Of a stretch of DNA of 64,000 bases, positions 1 to 11,144 are shown piece after piece (position 1 is the first letter of the stretch; each line of letters begins with the position of its first letter). The stretch is from a virus (taxonomy: Duplodnaviria > Caudoviricetes). The notes beneath the pieces were generated by a model. The model made no database searches, was not told the DNA's origin, and saw only the letters and a list, made by a program, of their open reading frames with translations. The translations under genes were made by a program, and so were the position numbers. The stretch spans positions 1 through 64,000 of IMG/VR virus record IMGVR_UViG_3300037249_000709; one strand, written 5' to 3'.

Positions 1-10
1 TAGGAAGAAA

Positions 11-196
11 ATAAAACATAGATTTTATAGACAAAAGGAGCATAAATGGAAGAATTGACAGATAAATCAAACAATAAATATACAAATAAAGACCTAAAAG
101 AAATGCAATCGTGGGATTTATCCCGTAAAATTCAAGTTTCTAAGGCAAGAATCATTGAATTTTCTGAAAAATTTGATGATAAAATCTATGTTTTAT
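11..196. other. Invertible segment 1 (sites ATAAAA-cataga-TTTTAT, inverted), carries RBS and N-terminus of a PAPS-reductase-like gene
   Basis: 11-28 is the exact reverse complement of 179-196; identity extends to 1-28 vs 179-206. Confidence 0.8.
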
Positions 197-207
197 TTTC
201 TTCCTAA
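46..207 (+). pseudogene. Detached 5' end (53 aa) of a PAPS-reductase-family gene, flipped to + (OFF orientation)
   Basis: AAGGAG RBS + MEELTDKSNNKYTNKDLKEMQSWDLSRKIQVSKARIIEFSEKFDDKIYV, clearly paralogous to the N-terminus KNKYTSADLKEMQGWDLEKKIQVTKARIIEW of 2983-3897. Confidence 0.8.
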
Positions 208-944
208 TACACCGCCACAAGTCTTTCATATATATGCTTCCAATCATTTGCGCGAAGCAACCTCGGCTTTTCGGTATCGCAACCCCTATTGTGCGGTGCA
301 TCCATTAAAATCCTTAACCAAGTTTTCACCCTAATAAGATTATCTGGATTATCGTCGATGAAAATTTGTGCATTTATCATTTCTTTATGACTTGTAATAA
401 TCACTTGTTCCCATTTAATATACGGGAAATATTTCTGTATAAATATCTCGTATTTCATTCTGACATTTCGATAATCGGTAGCAGAGCATAGGTAAATAGA
501 AAAGCCATAATCCATCAGCTTTTTGATATATTTAACCGCGCCCTCTTTTGGTTTAACAGTTTCCCAAAATGATTCTTGTGTTAGTGGCTCAAAAACTTGG
601 CTTTTCGTTAAAGACGGAAAAAACTTACATATGTCCCATTCTGTTACATCCGAAACCTTAATATTAGTATGATACTTTTTATCAAGCCACTCGCACCAAG
701 CCTCGCATAGGTTATTCATAACGTCGTCAATATCAATAGCTATCGAAACGTCTAAAGGCGGTGCTTTTACATATTTTTTTGCTCTACTATAAAAGTTATC
801 AAACGACTCCACATCATTATCGTATAATAGATGTAACCCTGTTCCTTGCAGACTATCAAAATACTCTTTAAGCCTTCTAAGTTCTCTTAACTCACTATCA
901 TTACGAAATTCTTCAAGCGTCATTTCTTTATGTCCTGTCAGCAC
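204..944 (-). CDS. 5'(3')-deoxyribonucleotidase, HAD family (NT5C-like)
   Basis: IAIDIDDV motif I and IFIDDNPDNL motif. Confidence 0.8.
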   Translation of the reverse strand: MLTGHKEMTLEEFRNDSELRELRRLKEYFDSLQGTGLHLLYDNDVESFDNFYSRAKKYVKAPPLDVSIAIDIDDVMNNLCEAWCEWLDKKYHTNIKVSDVTEWDICKFFPSLTKSQVFEPLTQESFWETVKPKEGAVKYIKKLMDYGFSIYLCSATDYRNVRMKYEIFIQKYFPYIKWEQVIITSHKEMINAQIFIDDNPDNLIRVKTWLRILMDAPHNRGCDTEKPRLLRANDWKHIYERLVAVY

Positions 945-980
945 TTTATTAATTATTATCCCCCTATTTTTTAAACCATT

Positions 981-1373
981 TTATGCGTTAAACCACTCTA
1001 ATTTTTTTGTGTAGTAACTATTTAGACGAATGAAAAAATCTTCATAATCATAAGAATTAGAAATATAATCTTTTGTGCAAACCATTATATCCAGTTCTTT
1101 ATTAAAATAATCTCTCATTGACATTTCTGGAACAAACATATCTAACGCATAGTTGAAATCATAGAATACACATAACATATCAATTATTTTTGAGCGTATT
1201 GCTTGATTGATTTCATAATTTAATATATCATTAGTTTCATTGTGGTAAGTCCATCTCCAATCAGCCAATAGTTTTGAATCCGGCAAATAAAGCGACAAAA
1301 ACTCACATACTTCTCCAAGTTCTCTATTAAAGTCATTATCGTGCAAGGTTATTCTTAAATATATATCTTCCAA
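981..1373 (-). CDS. hypothetical protein
   Basis: ORF with GAGGTG RBS, co-oriented. Confidence 0.6.
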   Translation of the reverse strand: MEDIYLRITLHDNDFNRELGEVCEFLSLYLPDSKLLADWRWTYHNETNDILNYEINQAIRSKIIDMLCVFYDFNYALDMFVPEMSMRDYFNKELDIMVCTKDYISNSYDYEDFFIRLNSYYTKKLEWFNA

Positions 1374-2237
1374 TATATCACCTCACAAACACCAAATTGA
1401 TATTAGTTTGCTTTTATATTGCTCAGATGGATTTTTATGTGCAAAAAGATTATTACCATATCCCCGAAAACTATTTCCTAAAAATTCTTCTATTTCAGAG
1501 TCGTTATGCCCTTCCCACATCTTCGCTTCTACCAGTGTGGATTTAAGTCTATAATTCATTTTATGCTCATCCTCTATTATAAATCTATATTTTTATATAA
1601 TCTGCATCTTCTAAATGTTCTAAAACTATTATAAGACATTCTTCATCTTCTTTAAGACAACTTATTTTTAAATGGTAATTCTCTTTTATATCATCATTGG
1701 CACAAGGAAGTATTTTAAGGCTCTTAATTCTTTGCCTAAGAACTTCAAGATTATGTTCATACAACCGACCGTAGTCATCCCAGCCACGATACCCCCAACC
1801 GCGTATATTCCAGTTGGCGTTCAAATGAATTTTATAATAAGCCCTATATCTCCTATCCATCCTTATAACCCTCTCCAATCGCACTAAACAATAGTACAAG
1901 ATTATATAAATCTTCGTCGTTTATTTCATCACAAATATCACTGAGTTCTGAAAACAATGTGTAAAGTGACTTGATAGATGATGAACTACCAGTTTCATAA
2001 ATCGAAACACCATCGGGAGTTTTGCTTGTTATTGTTAGCTTTTTAATTAAATCATTTATGTATTCCATCCATAATGCCCCAAAATATAATCTATCTCAAA
2101 TTTTAGCTGCTTTAGCTCATCTTCATATAATTCAACTAAATACCTACGCCCTGTTTCTCCCTCTTTAGAAATTAGAAAATAGCTATCATAAAACGGGTTG
2201 AAATTAATTTGCTCCTTGTTCCCCACATCTCGTACCC

Positions 2238-2513
2238 TCATATAGAAATCCCGTCTATCGCTCTTTGTGCAGCACCCGCTCCGTTATCTCTGTCATAAAG
2301 CCACTCGTTGAAACCTATATCACTTACAAGGTCAACTTTCATAACTCTACCTTTGAGATAATCGAAATATTGTCTTGTTTTTAGTATTTCGTTCGCTTCT
2401 TCTTCGGTCATAGGCGTAGGGTCATATTCAAGAAAGCCCAAGCCAAGTGGTTGAGAAGCATTGTATAAAGCTGCCAATACCTTTCCCTTCGAGAGTCCTG
2501 TAATATCTACCAT
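2238..2513 (-). CDS. conserved phage hypothetical protein
   Basis: ORF with AAGGAG RBS; VLAALYNAS..GLGFL / FDYLKGRVMKVD / YDRDNG pattern. Confidence 0.65.
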   Translation of the reverse strand: MVDITGLSKGKVLAALYNASQPLGLGFLEYDPTPMTEEEANEILKTRQYFDYLKGRVMKVDLVSDIGFNEWLYDRDNGAGAAQRAIDGISI

Positions 2514-2579
2514 AATATAAATTCTCCTTTTTGCATAGTGTAATTTTTAGATACCTGTTTTTATTCTTGCAACCTTATA

Positions 2580-2963
2580 TTAGCTCGTTTTGTCGGTAAC
2601 ATCTTTCATCTCAACAATGTTTTGATACCAACTTAAAAATGGAACTCGCAATCCAACTACCGTAAATTCATAGGTGTGTCCTACTTCAATCTTGTTATAA
2701 ACGCTGGAGGAATCAAACTTTCCTCGATAAAAGTTATCTACATTTTGAAATTCATAATAATTATCATCGGCATCTTTGCAAAATATCAGATAGTAGCCGC
2801 TATCCCCTCTATTTACATTTTCTTTATCGGTCACAGTTACAGTATAAATTGTATCATTGTATGACCAATGAATATCTATTACAAAGCAACCTACTATCAC
2901 AACAATAAATAAAACAACGACAGCCCAGAACGGCACTTTTTCATTTTTTCTATAACTATTCAT
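2580..2963 (-). CDS. membrane-anchored DUF1523-like protein
   Basis: N-terminal TM helix, TVTVTDKE and G.RVPFLSWYQNI. Confidence 0.55.
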   Translation of the reverse strand: MNSYRKNEKVPFWAVVVLFIVVIVGCFVIDIHWSYNDTIYTVTVTDKENVNRGDSGYYLIFCKDADDNYYEFQNVDNFYRGKFDSSSVYNKIEVGHTYEFTVVGLRVPFLSWYQNIVEMKDVTDKTS

Positions 2964-2982
2964 TTCTTGTTTCCTTCTAATA

Positions 2983-3944
2983 TCATTCTATTTTTACTCC
3001 AATTTCTTTCAAGACTTTCCTCATACCTAAACCGCCCTCATTCCAATTTCTCATACAATAGCTCCATAATTGAGGGTGAGTTTCTTTGAGTCGCTGAAAT
3101 CTATTTGGTTCTTTTTCGATTTGGCATCCATAAGCACAGAAGATGCAGCCCGTCCTATCACATTTTGTAGTGCGATACTGACCGTTCCTATCTTGTATAA
3201 TTTCGCCGTAAACACTTGCATAAGCCACATTGTACTCAACTATATATTTGAGTACATCTTGTTCCAACCAAAATGCCATAGGGTTTGAAATCGGGCGTTC
3301 GCTTTCAAATGCGTTGCAGCCGTTTTTTAACCACGCATTTCGTCTTAAACGGCTTTCACAAGCCATCATAGCAGTAATCGGCTTAACGCCGTATGCTTTT
3401 TCATATGCTTTTACAGGGTTCTTTTTCATCACATCACAGCATAAATGACTTATTGGTATATCGGAATCTTTTAACTTCGCCCATTTAACCACGGAATATG
3501 CAGAACCATATTTTTTATCGTGAGGATTATCCGGCAAAAATCTTTGGGCAGTTTTACCGTTGGGGCAGTTTCGTGCAACATAAATATTTCTCGACACTTC
3601 CTTACTGATTAAAGGATAGCCGTATCTCTCAATCACTTGCCTAAATCCTATTTTGGGTCGAAGTTTTACAATATGCTTCTGACTTAAAGCAAATTCTTTG
3701 ACTTCTGGATATTCTAATCCAGTATCAACATAAACCGCGCAAATATCGGGGTAAATGCTCCTTGCAATATGTAATAGCACAGTCGAATCCTTACCGCCAC
3801 TAAACGATATATAAACCCGCCCATCATTCTTCTCATACCATTCAATTATTCTTGCTTTGGTTACTTGTATTTTCTTCTCCAAATCCCAGCCTTGCATCTC
3901 TTTGAGGTCTGCCGATGTGTATTTATTTTTAGATGAATTAGATT
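2983..3944 (-). CDS. PAPS-reductase-family (PP-loop) protein, putative DNA modification; native start lies in inverted segment 2 (currently OFF or N-truncated)
   Basis: SFSGGKDS, DTGLEYPE, CCDVMKK, RTGCIFC motifs; frame open upstream of 3897 up to the site but no start codon there. Confidence 0.8.
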
Positions 3945-4102
3945 TTTTATAGGCAAGTTATATAGAGAAGTTCTCATAAATTGAGGAAGTTTAGCAAGGC
4001 AACTAAAAACATTTTGCAACATTGACTAATGTTGTAAATATATGAGTTACCAATTATTGGGAGGTTATTAATAAGTGAATGATGATAAAAAATCTATTTT
4101 AT
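3933..4102. other. Invertible segment 2 (spacer aatcta)
   Basis: - strand ATAAAA-aatcta-ATTCAT at 3933-3950 vs + strand ATAAAA-aatcta-TTTTAT at 4085-4102; inversion fuses GGAGG..GTG AAT GAT GAT AAA AAA TCT in frame to the gene. Confidence 0.85.
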
Positions 4103-4357
4103 TGAATTATATCTTCTGAATATACATTTCACAATAGTCATCCCAATTATTAGCTTCTACAACAATATAAGTCTGCTTATTGTGTTTCACTAATATACCC
4201 TCTGTCATAGCAAAATTAGGTTCAAAAAATATTCTTCTTACCTTGCTGCCACGCCCTTTATCATCGGGCTGAGAATCACATCTATATGTTTTTTCATCAA
4301 TTTCTATGTAACTATTATTAAAAACTTCAAACATTATTTCATTCCTTTCTGCTTGTG

Positions 4358-5317
4358 CTATTTGTCTATCCATTCTTTATAATGTTTTACAACATCTATC
4401 AACCAACCATAACTATCAAATGTGCTACCTTGCCACTTTCTATCACACATTCTGCTCCAACTCAACGCTATATCCTCTGCTGAAACACCATACATCAACT
4501 CTCCATCAAGATTGATATAAGGTAGTCTTAATATCACTTTCCTATCCTCTGGTTTGACTCTTCTATATCCTACTTTTTTAATCTCGTATCTTGGAGACGT
4601 AGCATAAGACGGAACTTTTGCTTTTTCGGATTGATAGAATTGCAAGAACACTTCTTTATTCTCGAACCACTTTACTTTGGATTGACCACAAATATTATCT
4701 GGCGTTGCAAGAACATAACTTACAAGAACAGCATTAGGATTATCATGGAATCTCTCCCACTCTGTTTTGTTAATCTTATTTGGCATTGCTGCTTTTTCTG
4801 CACTATAAATATAGCCCAGGTCATCAACCCAAAGTATTTCTCCCTCTTTATCGTAAAACCTTTTTGCTTTCATCTTTTTGATTTCTTTAGGTGTTACAAC
4901 AAAACCTTGTGACAATTCTACGGCAGGTCTACCAAACCACTCACAAAACTCCTTCGGATTGCTTAATGTCCAAGGAATAGGATTCATCAAACCTCTGCAA
5001 TCCCACCTCTGATACTCACAATAATCATAAAAATCTTCACCATCGGTATAGAGCTTAACGAGAATAAAACTATCATTGCGAGGATATTTATAGATTTGCT
5101 TCTTATCGTTCTTAGCTATTAGTTCCAAATTGCTTTTGATTTGGTTTATGTATTCTATATAGGACATATCTGTATCTTGCTCAATAGAAATGACCTCGAA
5201 ATTTTTACTCCACTTGTCATACATAGTCTGTTTATCTTCGCCGTAAAGTTTGACATCTTCTATGTTACCGTCGGGATATTTGAATTTAATTCTCCAGCGT
5301 GGAATTATATTAACCAC
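4358..5317 (-). CDS. hypothetical protein
   Basis: 319-aa ORF with RBS. Confidence 0.6.
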   Translation of the reverse strand: MVNIIPRWRIKFKYPDGNIEDVKLYGEDKQTMYDKWSKNFEVISIEQDTDMSYIEYINQIKSNLELIAKNDKKQIYKYPRNDSFILVKLYTDGEDFYDYCEYQRWDCRGLMNPIPWTLSNPKEFCEWFGRPAVELSQGFVVTPKEIKKMKAKRFYDKEGEILWVDDLGYIYSAEKAAMPNKINKTEWERFHDNPNAVLVSYVLATPDNICGQSKVKWFENKEVFLQFYQSEKAKVPSYATSPRYEIKKVGYRRVKPEDRKVILRLPYINLDGELMYGVSAEDIALSWSRMCDRKWQGSTFDSYGWLIDVVKHYKEWIDK

Positions 5318-5325
5318 CTCTATTA

Positions 5326-6102
5326 TTAGTCATTGGTCTTGGTTAGATAATCTTTAAGCATTGTGTCTTTTGCCTTTGTGTAAAACTCTGTATTGGTTTC
5401 AAATCCATAACTATTTCTTCCACATTCAGCCGCTGCTCTCAAAGTTGAACCGCTGCCAGCAACAGGGTCTATTACTATATCGCCCTCATCTGTAAATATC
5501 TGAATTAACTGTTTTAGCAATCCAATAGGTTTTTGTGTTGGATGAATTTTGGGATATTCTTTTGCACTATCCCTTTTCCACTCAAACCAGTTAAAAATCA
5601 TTCTCTTTTTGCCTTCGGAATCTACATTATTGAACTTTGGTAATTTGTCTCTATATAAAACCATCGCATATTCGGTAGCCCCAACAATTTTCATATTTGC
5701 TTTAAGTACCTGTGCAGAATAATTCTTGCAAAATACCAATGGGTAATTATGATTAAACCCATGTTTTTTACCGTATTCTACAACAGTGGGTATCTGCTCA
5801 AATGCACAGAATACTATCATTGCAGGTGCTTTATTTCGCTCTTTTGGCTCTTTTATCAACAACTTGTTACAGAAATGAAAGAACTCGGCAATGTTGAATG
5901 AGCCGTCACCGTTGAAGAAACTTTTTGCAGCTTTCTTACTTTCTCCATTCTTGTTGTCCCCCCCCTCATACCACATAGGGTTTGAGGCATAAGCATTAAC
6001 TCCGAGATTATAAGGAATATCCGCTATAACTAACTGACCTTTTCTGATGTTGTATTGTTTATAGTTTTGAAAATTATCGTGATATAATTCTGTTTTTACC
6101 AA
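5326..6102 (-). CDS. DNA methyltransferase (N6A/N4C, beta class), G8 tract in frame
   Basis: DIPY, HPTQKP, DPVAGSGST; C8 on + at 5958-5965. Confidence 0.9.
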   Translation of the reverse strand: MVKTELYHDNFQNYKQYNIRKGQLVIADIPYNLGVNAYASNPMWYEGGDNKNGESKKAAKSFFNGDGSFNIAEFFHFCNKLLIKEPKERNKAPAMIVFCAFEQIPTVVEYGKKHGFNHNYPLVFCKNYSAQVLKANMKIVGATEYAMVLYRDKLPKFNNVDSEGKKRMIFNWFEWKRDSAKEYPKIHPTQKPIGLLKQLIQIFTDEGDIVIDPVAGSGSTLRAAAECGRNSYGFETNTEFYTKAKDTMLKDYLTKTND

Positions 6103-6875
6103 TTATTCTCCCTCTTTCTACGCATCTTCGTTTGAAGGTATATCAACAAATTTGCTAAAATCTATCTTGTCGAGCTTTAATAATCCATCGAACCCATCAT
6201 ATAGGTTTCTGGCAATAATATCTTTGTTTCTACCCTTATCGGAAATGCTAATCTGAATACTATCATGATAAACTGTGATTCGTACAGCTCTATGATTAAG
6301 CGAACGCCCGAAATTTATATCCATAATATCAAAATATCCGTATCGTCCACGCTTATCAGACTCGTAAATGCGAGCATCACAACGAGTTAAGTAGGGTTCA
6401 TATTCTGTATCATAGAATAAAGCCCTTATTTTTGTCACGAGTTCATATAAATATTTGTCCATTTATTTGTTACCTTTACCTATAAACATATTTAATTTAA
6501 ATACTCACGAATATCATTTATCATTTTTTCTGTTTCGTCCAACAAATATCTATAAGCATCATTTGTGTAGATTTCAAAATAGGGAATTGGGTTGTCGTTT
6601 TCATCATACATATATCCCAACTTTGATTCTGAATCAAAATAGACCGAAACTGTTTTGTCATTCTTTTTTATTACAAATCTAACTAATGCACCTGCAAACG
6701 CAGGAATAATTTTAACTTCCCAATCAGAGTCAAATTTAAAATATGGCAGTTTCTCTCCCCATTCTCTCCACCGTTCATTGTTCTCAATCTGAAACCTATT
6801 TGCTATATCCAAAAAATCAATCATATTATATCCTTTCTATGATAAGTTTGATTCCTATATTTTCTTTCATAAATA

Positions 6876-7328
6876 TCACAATAGCCTATACACAAACACA
6901 GTACAATTTTTTAGTTCCTCTACAATGATGGCGGCAACATCAAGCCACCTACCTCCGCCAAGACCGCACCCCATTTTATAAGGTAATCCTACTATCTTTC
7001 CTTTATAATAAGAGTTCACCAATTTTAAGCATTTTCTTAAAGCATCATAGTCTGTGTATTGCTTGTCTCTACCATATCCATCCTGAGCAAACAAGTTTAC
7101 TACATCTTGATATTCATTTATATGAACTCCCTGTATGAAACCCAAAAGTGATTTTGTGTCATCTTTATGTTGTTTGCAAAGGGAAACATACTCGTCATAA
7201 ACCATCGGATATTTATTCCGAATTTGTTTAGCAAGACCACTTCCCATTACTCCTTTGCAATTTACTTGATGAAGAATGGCATCGGCATTGCTATCTAATA
7301 AATCAGCATCATCTATGATATGAACGAT
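6876..7328 (-). CDS. macro domain (ADP-ribose processing) protein
   Basis: frame extends upstream of the called ATG to IVHIIDDADLL..ILHQVNCKGVMGSGLA; PYKMGCGLGGG; start possibly ATC. Confidence 0.8.
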   Translation of the reverse strand: MVHIIDDADLLDSNADAILHQVNCKGVMGSGLAKQIRNKYPMVYDEYVSLCKQHKDDTKSLLGFIQGVHINEYQDVVNLFAQDGYGRDKQYTDYDALRKCLKLVNSYYKGKIVGLPYKMGCGLGGGRWLDVAAIIVEELKNCTVFVYRLL

Positions 7329-7474
7329 ATGAAATCACTTCTCTCTTTTATGTAATTAACTTCGGTTTCTTTGTGCTTCGTTGCGGAATCAAACCGAAAA
7401 ACTACCGCAAGACGCTTAACCACTACAGACCTCCCACGGGGGTTTTAATGACTTTGCCTTGTCAATGTCGTTTG

Positions 7475-7876
7475 TTAGTCTTTGTAATCTGGTACAAATG
7501 GAATCCACATCTTCGGATTGTAGTTTATCTCATAGTGATACTTGCTAACTTCGCTACCCGTTATATCTTCGACTGTATATGTTACATTATCTGACAAACC
7601 AATAAAGTGTTTTTTGTATTTGCCCGCATCAGTTTCGACAATTATTTCAAGCTGATTATCTTCGGTGTCAGCTTCTATATTCATTCTACCTTCAATCTCA
7701 AATAAGGTGTCGCCTTGAATACAGTTTATTACCGTTACCCTACGATAAACATTGAAATTCTGTGCGTTCTCTGTGATATTGTAATTAACTCTCTCTGCTT
7801 CGTTACAACCGCTTGCCGAAAAAGCAAGAACCACCAAAGATAATAGCATTATAAAGTTTCTTGTAATTTTTCTCAT
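7475..7876 (-). CDS. phage lipoprotein
   Basis: signal peptide with lipobox ASGC. Confidence 0.7.
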   Translation of the reverse strand: MRKITRNFIMLLSLVVLAFSASGCNEAERVNYNITENAQNFNVYRRVTVINCIQGDTLFEIEGRMNIEADTEDNQLEIIVETDAGKYKKHFIGLSDNVTYTVEDITGSEVSKYHYEINYNPKMWIPFVPDYKD

Positions 7877-8269
7877 CTTATCTCTCCTTTATATGTCAAT
7901 ACTCGATTACCGCAGCAAGGGCATTCGCAACAATAGTATTCAATCGAAAATGATGATTTTATTTCGTATTCGTTGTGATTTGCTTCAAATATGCAATCGC
8001 AATCATTGCATTCAAAGCTAACAACTTTATTTAACTTGTCTAAATTACCATCTCTAATAATTTTCACTTTGCAACCCTTTTAATATACCTTTCTAAATCT
8101 GCCGGATTTTCTGCTTTGTGATTGGTTTTAACCAACTTTCCATTTTCAACTTTACATAGATAATATATATCCCGAATTTTTGTTGAAGTAATAGCATAAG
8201 CTGGCTTGCCATCAATTAGATATGTGACCCAAATGGTTTCATTCTTTGGAGCTTCTAACATATCTCACC

Positions 8270-9304
8270 TCACTGAGCGGTTCTATCTGCACGATGGAGC
8301 AGCATTACTTCGTTAAAGAAATCTTCGCCCAGCAAATCTCTGTCTCTTTTGAGCGCTTTTTCGCTCTGCTTCCACGACAAAAACGGGTGCATATGATAGT
8401 AAATCAAGTTTGCAATATGTATCATCTCGTCCTCATTTGGTGACAAATTGTATGTATAAAACAAAGAGTCATATGCTCCGCAATGCTGATGATTGTAATA
8501 ATGACATTCATTTGTTTCTTCGCCTTTTGCGTTAAGGTGGGATTTAGTAAAAGGCTTACCAATGTCGTGTAAAAGAGCTGCCAAATACAAGTTATAGTTA
8601 TCTGGGCAAAGATAAATAATGTTTACAGCGGCTTGTATGCAATGGTCGCCGATAGTCCTTTTGTGATGTCTGTTTTCTTGTTCTATGCTGCAAGCGTTGA
8701 TTTCGCCACCAAAGAAATTGTGTAAATTATACTTGGTTTTTATATCAATATCTCCGAAAGAATAGCACAACACAATATCATCGAATCCTTCTTGCTTTGA
8801 AGGAGGACACCATTTCAAATACATTGACCTTATTACATTTTCTGGTACTATCCTTTCTCTACCCACATTATTCTTCAAACAAAGTTCGTAAGGTGTCATA
8901 ACGCAAACTGCCACATTAAAACAATCAATGTTTTTCAACTCTCGAATAAAGTTAATACGAAACTTCTTGTTAATGTTGGTGGCATCAAAAACTACATCTT
9001 TGCCGTCCTTTAAATCTTGTTTCATTCTCTTATGAAGCTCGGAGAAAATCATTCCGTTGTCGCCCTGTGTTTCTTCTTTTCCGAACAGCTCTTTTCTTAG
9101 ACTGTCGGAAGAATGAATAACCGGACGAGAGTATTCACCGGTATTTCTTTCTACAACAAGGTTGTCAGCAATGGTAGACTTGCCGCTACCTGGCAAACCT
9201 ATCATAGTGAATAAAACTGGTCTTTTATCGACATTTTCGTTGCGATAAACCCTCAATTCTTGGGGATTTTCATTTTTGACTTCAAAGTACATTTTCAATG
9301 CCAC
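8270..9304 (-). CDS. polynucleotide kinase (P-loop) fused to HD phosphohydrolase
   Basis: GLPGSGKST, DATN, ALLHDIGK, YHMH. Confidence 0.85.
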   Translation of the reverse strand: MALKMYFEVKNENPQELRVYRNENVDKRPVLFTMIGLPGSGKSTIADNLVVERNTGEYSRPVIHSSDSLRKELFGKEETQGDNGMIFSELHKRMKQDLKDGKDVVFDATNINKKFRINFIRELKNIDCFNVAVCVMTPYELCLKNNVGRERIVPENVIRSMYLKWCPPSKQEGFDDIVLCYSFGDIDIKTKYNLHNFFGGEINACSIEQENRHHKRTIGDHCIQAAVNIIYLCPDNYNLYLAALLHDIGKPFTKSHLNAKGEETNECHYYNHQHCGAYDSLFYTYNLSPNEDEMIHIANLIYYHMHPFLSWKQSEKALKRDRDLLGEDFFNEVMLLHRADRTAQ

Positions 9305-9641
9305 CTTTATTTTAGTTTATTCTGCTTGCTTATCGTCTTTCTTTTGTGAAATAGATACTTTACAGTACCTTTTAATGTCAGAAATCCTATCCATAAGCGG
9401 TTTTGAAGTATCATTTAGTTTTTCAAGGACTGTCTGACTTACTACAAACATTCCACCTTTAAGCCCTTGCAAAAACTGTTTCTGTAATTCGATTTTGAAT
9501 AGTTCTTCTAATTTTTCTTCGCTGCTTTTTTCAGTCTTTTCATTGTCAAGCAAGAAATCAATATTTCTACCTGCGGCAGTATATTCGTTGCTTGAAGTAG
9601 ATATTTCTATATAACGAGTATTTTCGCCCCCGTTGTTTTCA

Positions 9642-10958
9642 TTAGGCTGTTTCTTCTCGTCGTTCATTGATTAACTCCTCCGCTTCCTCAATGTCGGGAA
9701 CGTCTGACGTGTCCTTAATAATAGACTCCAAAACTTTGAAATAAAAGTTCTTATGTTTGAAGGCTGTAAATGTACCGCGATTATCAATTCTCACAACAAC
9801 ACCTTCGCGGATGTGTGTTTTGCCAATCGGGTCTGTGCCATCATAATACTTTTCAACGCGCTCCATCAAATCTTCCCATGTGGTGTATTCAAATCTCTCA
9901 AAAGTAGGTACACATTTAAAGCCTAACTTTTCAGCCTCCTTCTGCACCTGCTCCCACGGAATTTCTACAACATATCCATCGGGGTTTGTCATCGTCATAC
10001 GATAGACATAGGCATCATTTTCGCCCACTTCACAGCCATAAGAGAATACCGTTTCGTTTCCGTACTTTTTGGAGAACTCTTTATCTTTTACGAGCTTATT
10101 AGAACATTTGCCCATAATGGTTTGAGTGTCGTGCGTGTAACCGACAATTTCATAAAAGACCTCCATACCCTTTGGCAATCTATCTTTGAGCATATCGTGG
10201 TATTTCATTCTAAATTCATTGCTACCATAGTAACCGCCTTCGACCGATTCTATTGTTGTTCTTCGTGTACCACTAACCAGAGCATAGTCTTTTTCAACCT
10301 TATCGGGAATATGTAAAATCTTCTTAATAATCGGATTTCTCTTTTTGGTTTTTTCTTCGATTACATTCGCTGTTCTTGCAGATGTACCGTGCATCTTCAA
10401 TGTAATATAACAAATATCCCCTGGCTTAAACGCCTTTTCGTTAAATGCTAACTGCTGTGTATCTATATGTTCAAAAAATGTAGGAAACTTAATTACCTTG
10501 ATTTTCTTTTTGTTTACCTTAGTTTTTGAATTAGGATTATTATTTCTTTCCTTGGTCTGTGGAATGTATTTGCAACAGATTTCGTGACCATCAAGAACGG
10601 TGATTTGGTCGCCATCTCTTAACTTATCCACATTTGTATATTTTGAGAGTGTTGCAATCGGCAGAACCAGCCCCTCCGACTTTTCTCCACGCAATTTTAG
10701 AGCCTTAATATTTCTTTTCTTCGGGTCAAGATAGCCCCCTACATTGTTGCCGTTCTCATCTTTCTTAATTAGTAGGTTGTTATCGCTTGCGTAATCAAGA
10801 GCGAGCTGACCATCGACAGGAAAATAAATTACTCTGTCACCCTCTTTATAGCTCAAATCTACAATTACATTGTTGCCAAAAATCTCACAACACTGTAGCC
10901 GGTCGGCGTTGGGGTGTTTTGTTATTTTACGAATAGTTGTAATATAGGCGCAATACAA
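9642..10958 (-). CDS. RNA ligase (DRB0094/Rnl2-like, N-terminal OB domain)
   Basis: HPNADRL N-terminus, KMHGT adenylation motif, EGVV, FKHKN. Confidence 0.85.
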   Translation of the reverse strand: MYCAYITTIRKITKHPNADRLQCCEIFGNNVIVDLSYKEGDRVIYFPVDGQLALDYASDNNLLIKKDENGNNVGGYLDPKKRNIKALKLRGEKSEGLVLPIATLSKYTNVDKLRDGDQITVLDGHEICCKYIPQTKERNNNPNSKTKVNKKKIKVIKFPTFFEHIDTQQLAFNEKAFKPGDICYITLKMHGTSARTANVIEEKTKKRNPIIKKILHIPDKVEKDYALVSGTRRTTIESVEGGYYGSNEFRMKYHDMLKDRLPKGMEVFYEIVGYTHDTQTIMGKCSNKLVKDKEFSKKYGNETVFSYGCEVGENDAYVYRMTMTNPDGYVVEIPWEQVQKEAEKLGFKCVPTFERFEYTTWEDLMERVEKYYDGTDPIGKTHIREGVVVRIDNRGTFTAFKHKNFYFKVLESIIKDTSDVPDIEEAEELINERREETA

Positions 10959-11038
10959 TAAATATCAAGTCCTTTCTTATAATGTGATTATTTGGGTTGT
11001 TTTTTAATGTTACAATATGCCCTTGTCCCTACATTTTT

Positions 11039-11086
11039 ATTATATCATAAATTCTTAAATTTGTCAAGTAGTTATTTGAGTTGTTT
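11039..11086 (-). promoter_or_regulatory. sigma-A promoter with AACYCAAATAACT box
   Basis: TTGACA-17-TATAAT on - strand, repeated family. Confidence 0.85.
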
Positions 11087-11144
11087 CTTAACTTTAAAAA
11101 ATGTATGCCACTATGTTTTTTGTTCATAATGGCATACAACATAG

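Noticed and set aside
7458-7472. 15-bp complementarity to 40742-40756
   Set aside because: A few 15-mer matches are expected by chance in 64 kb
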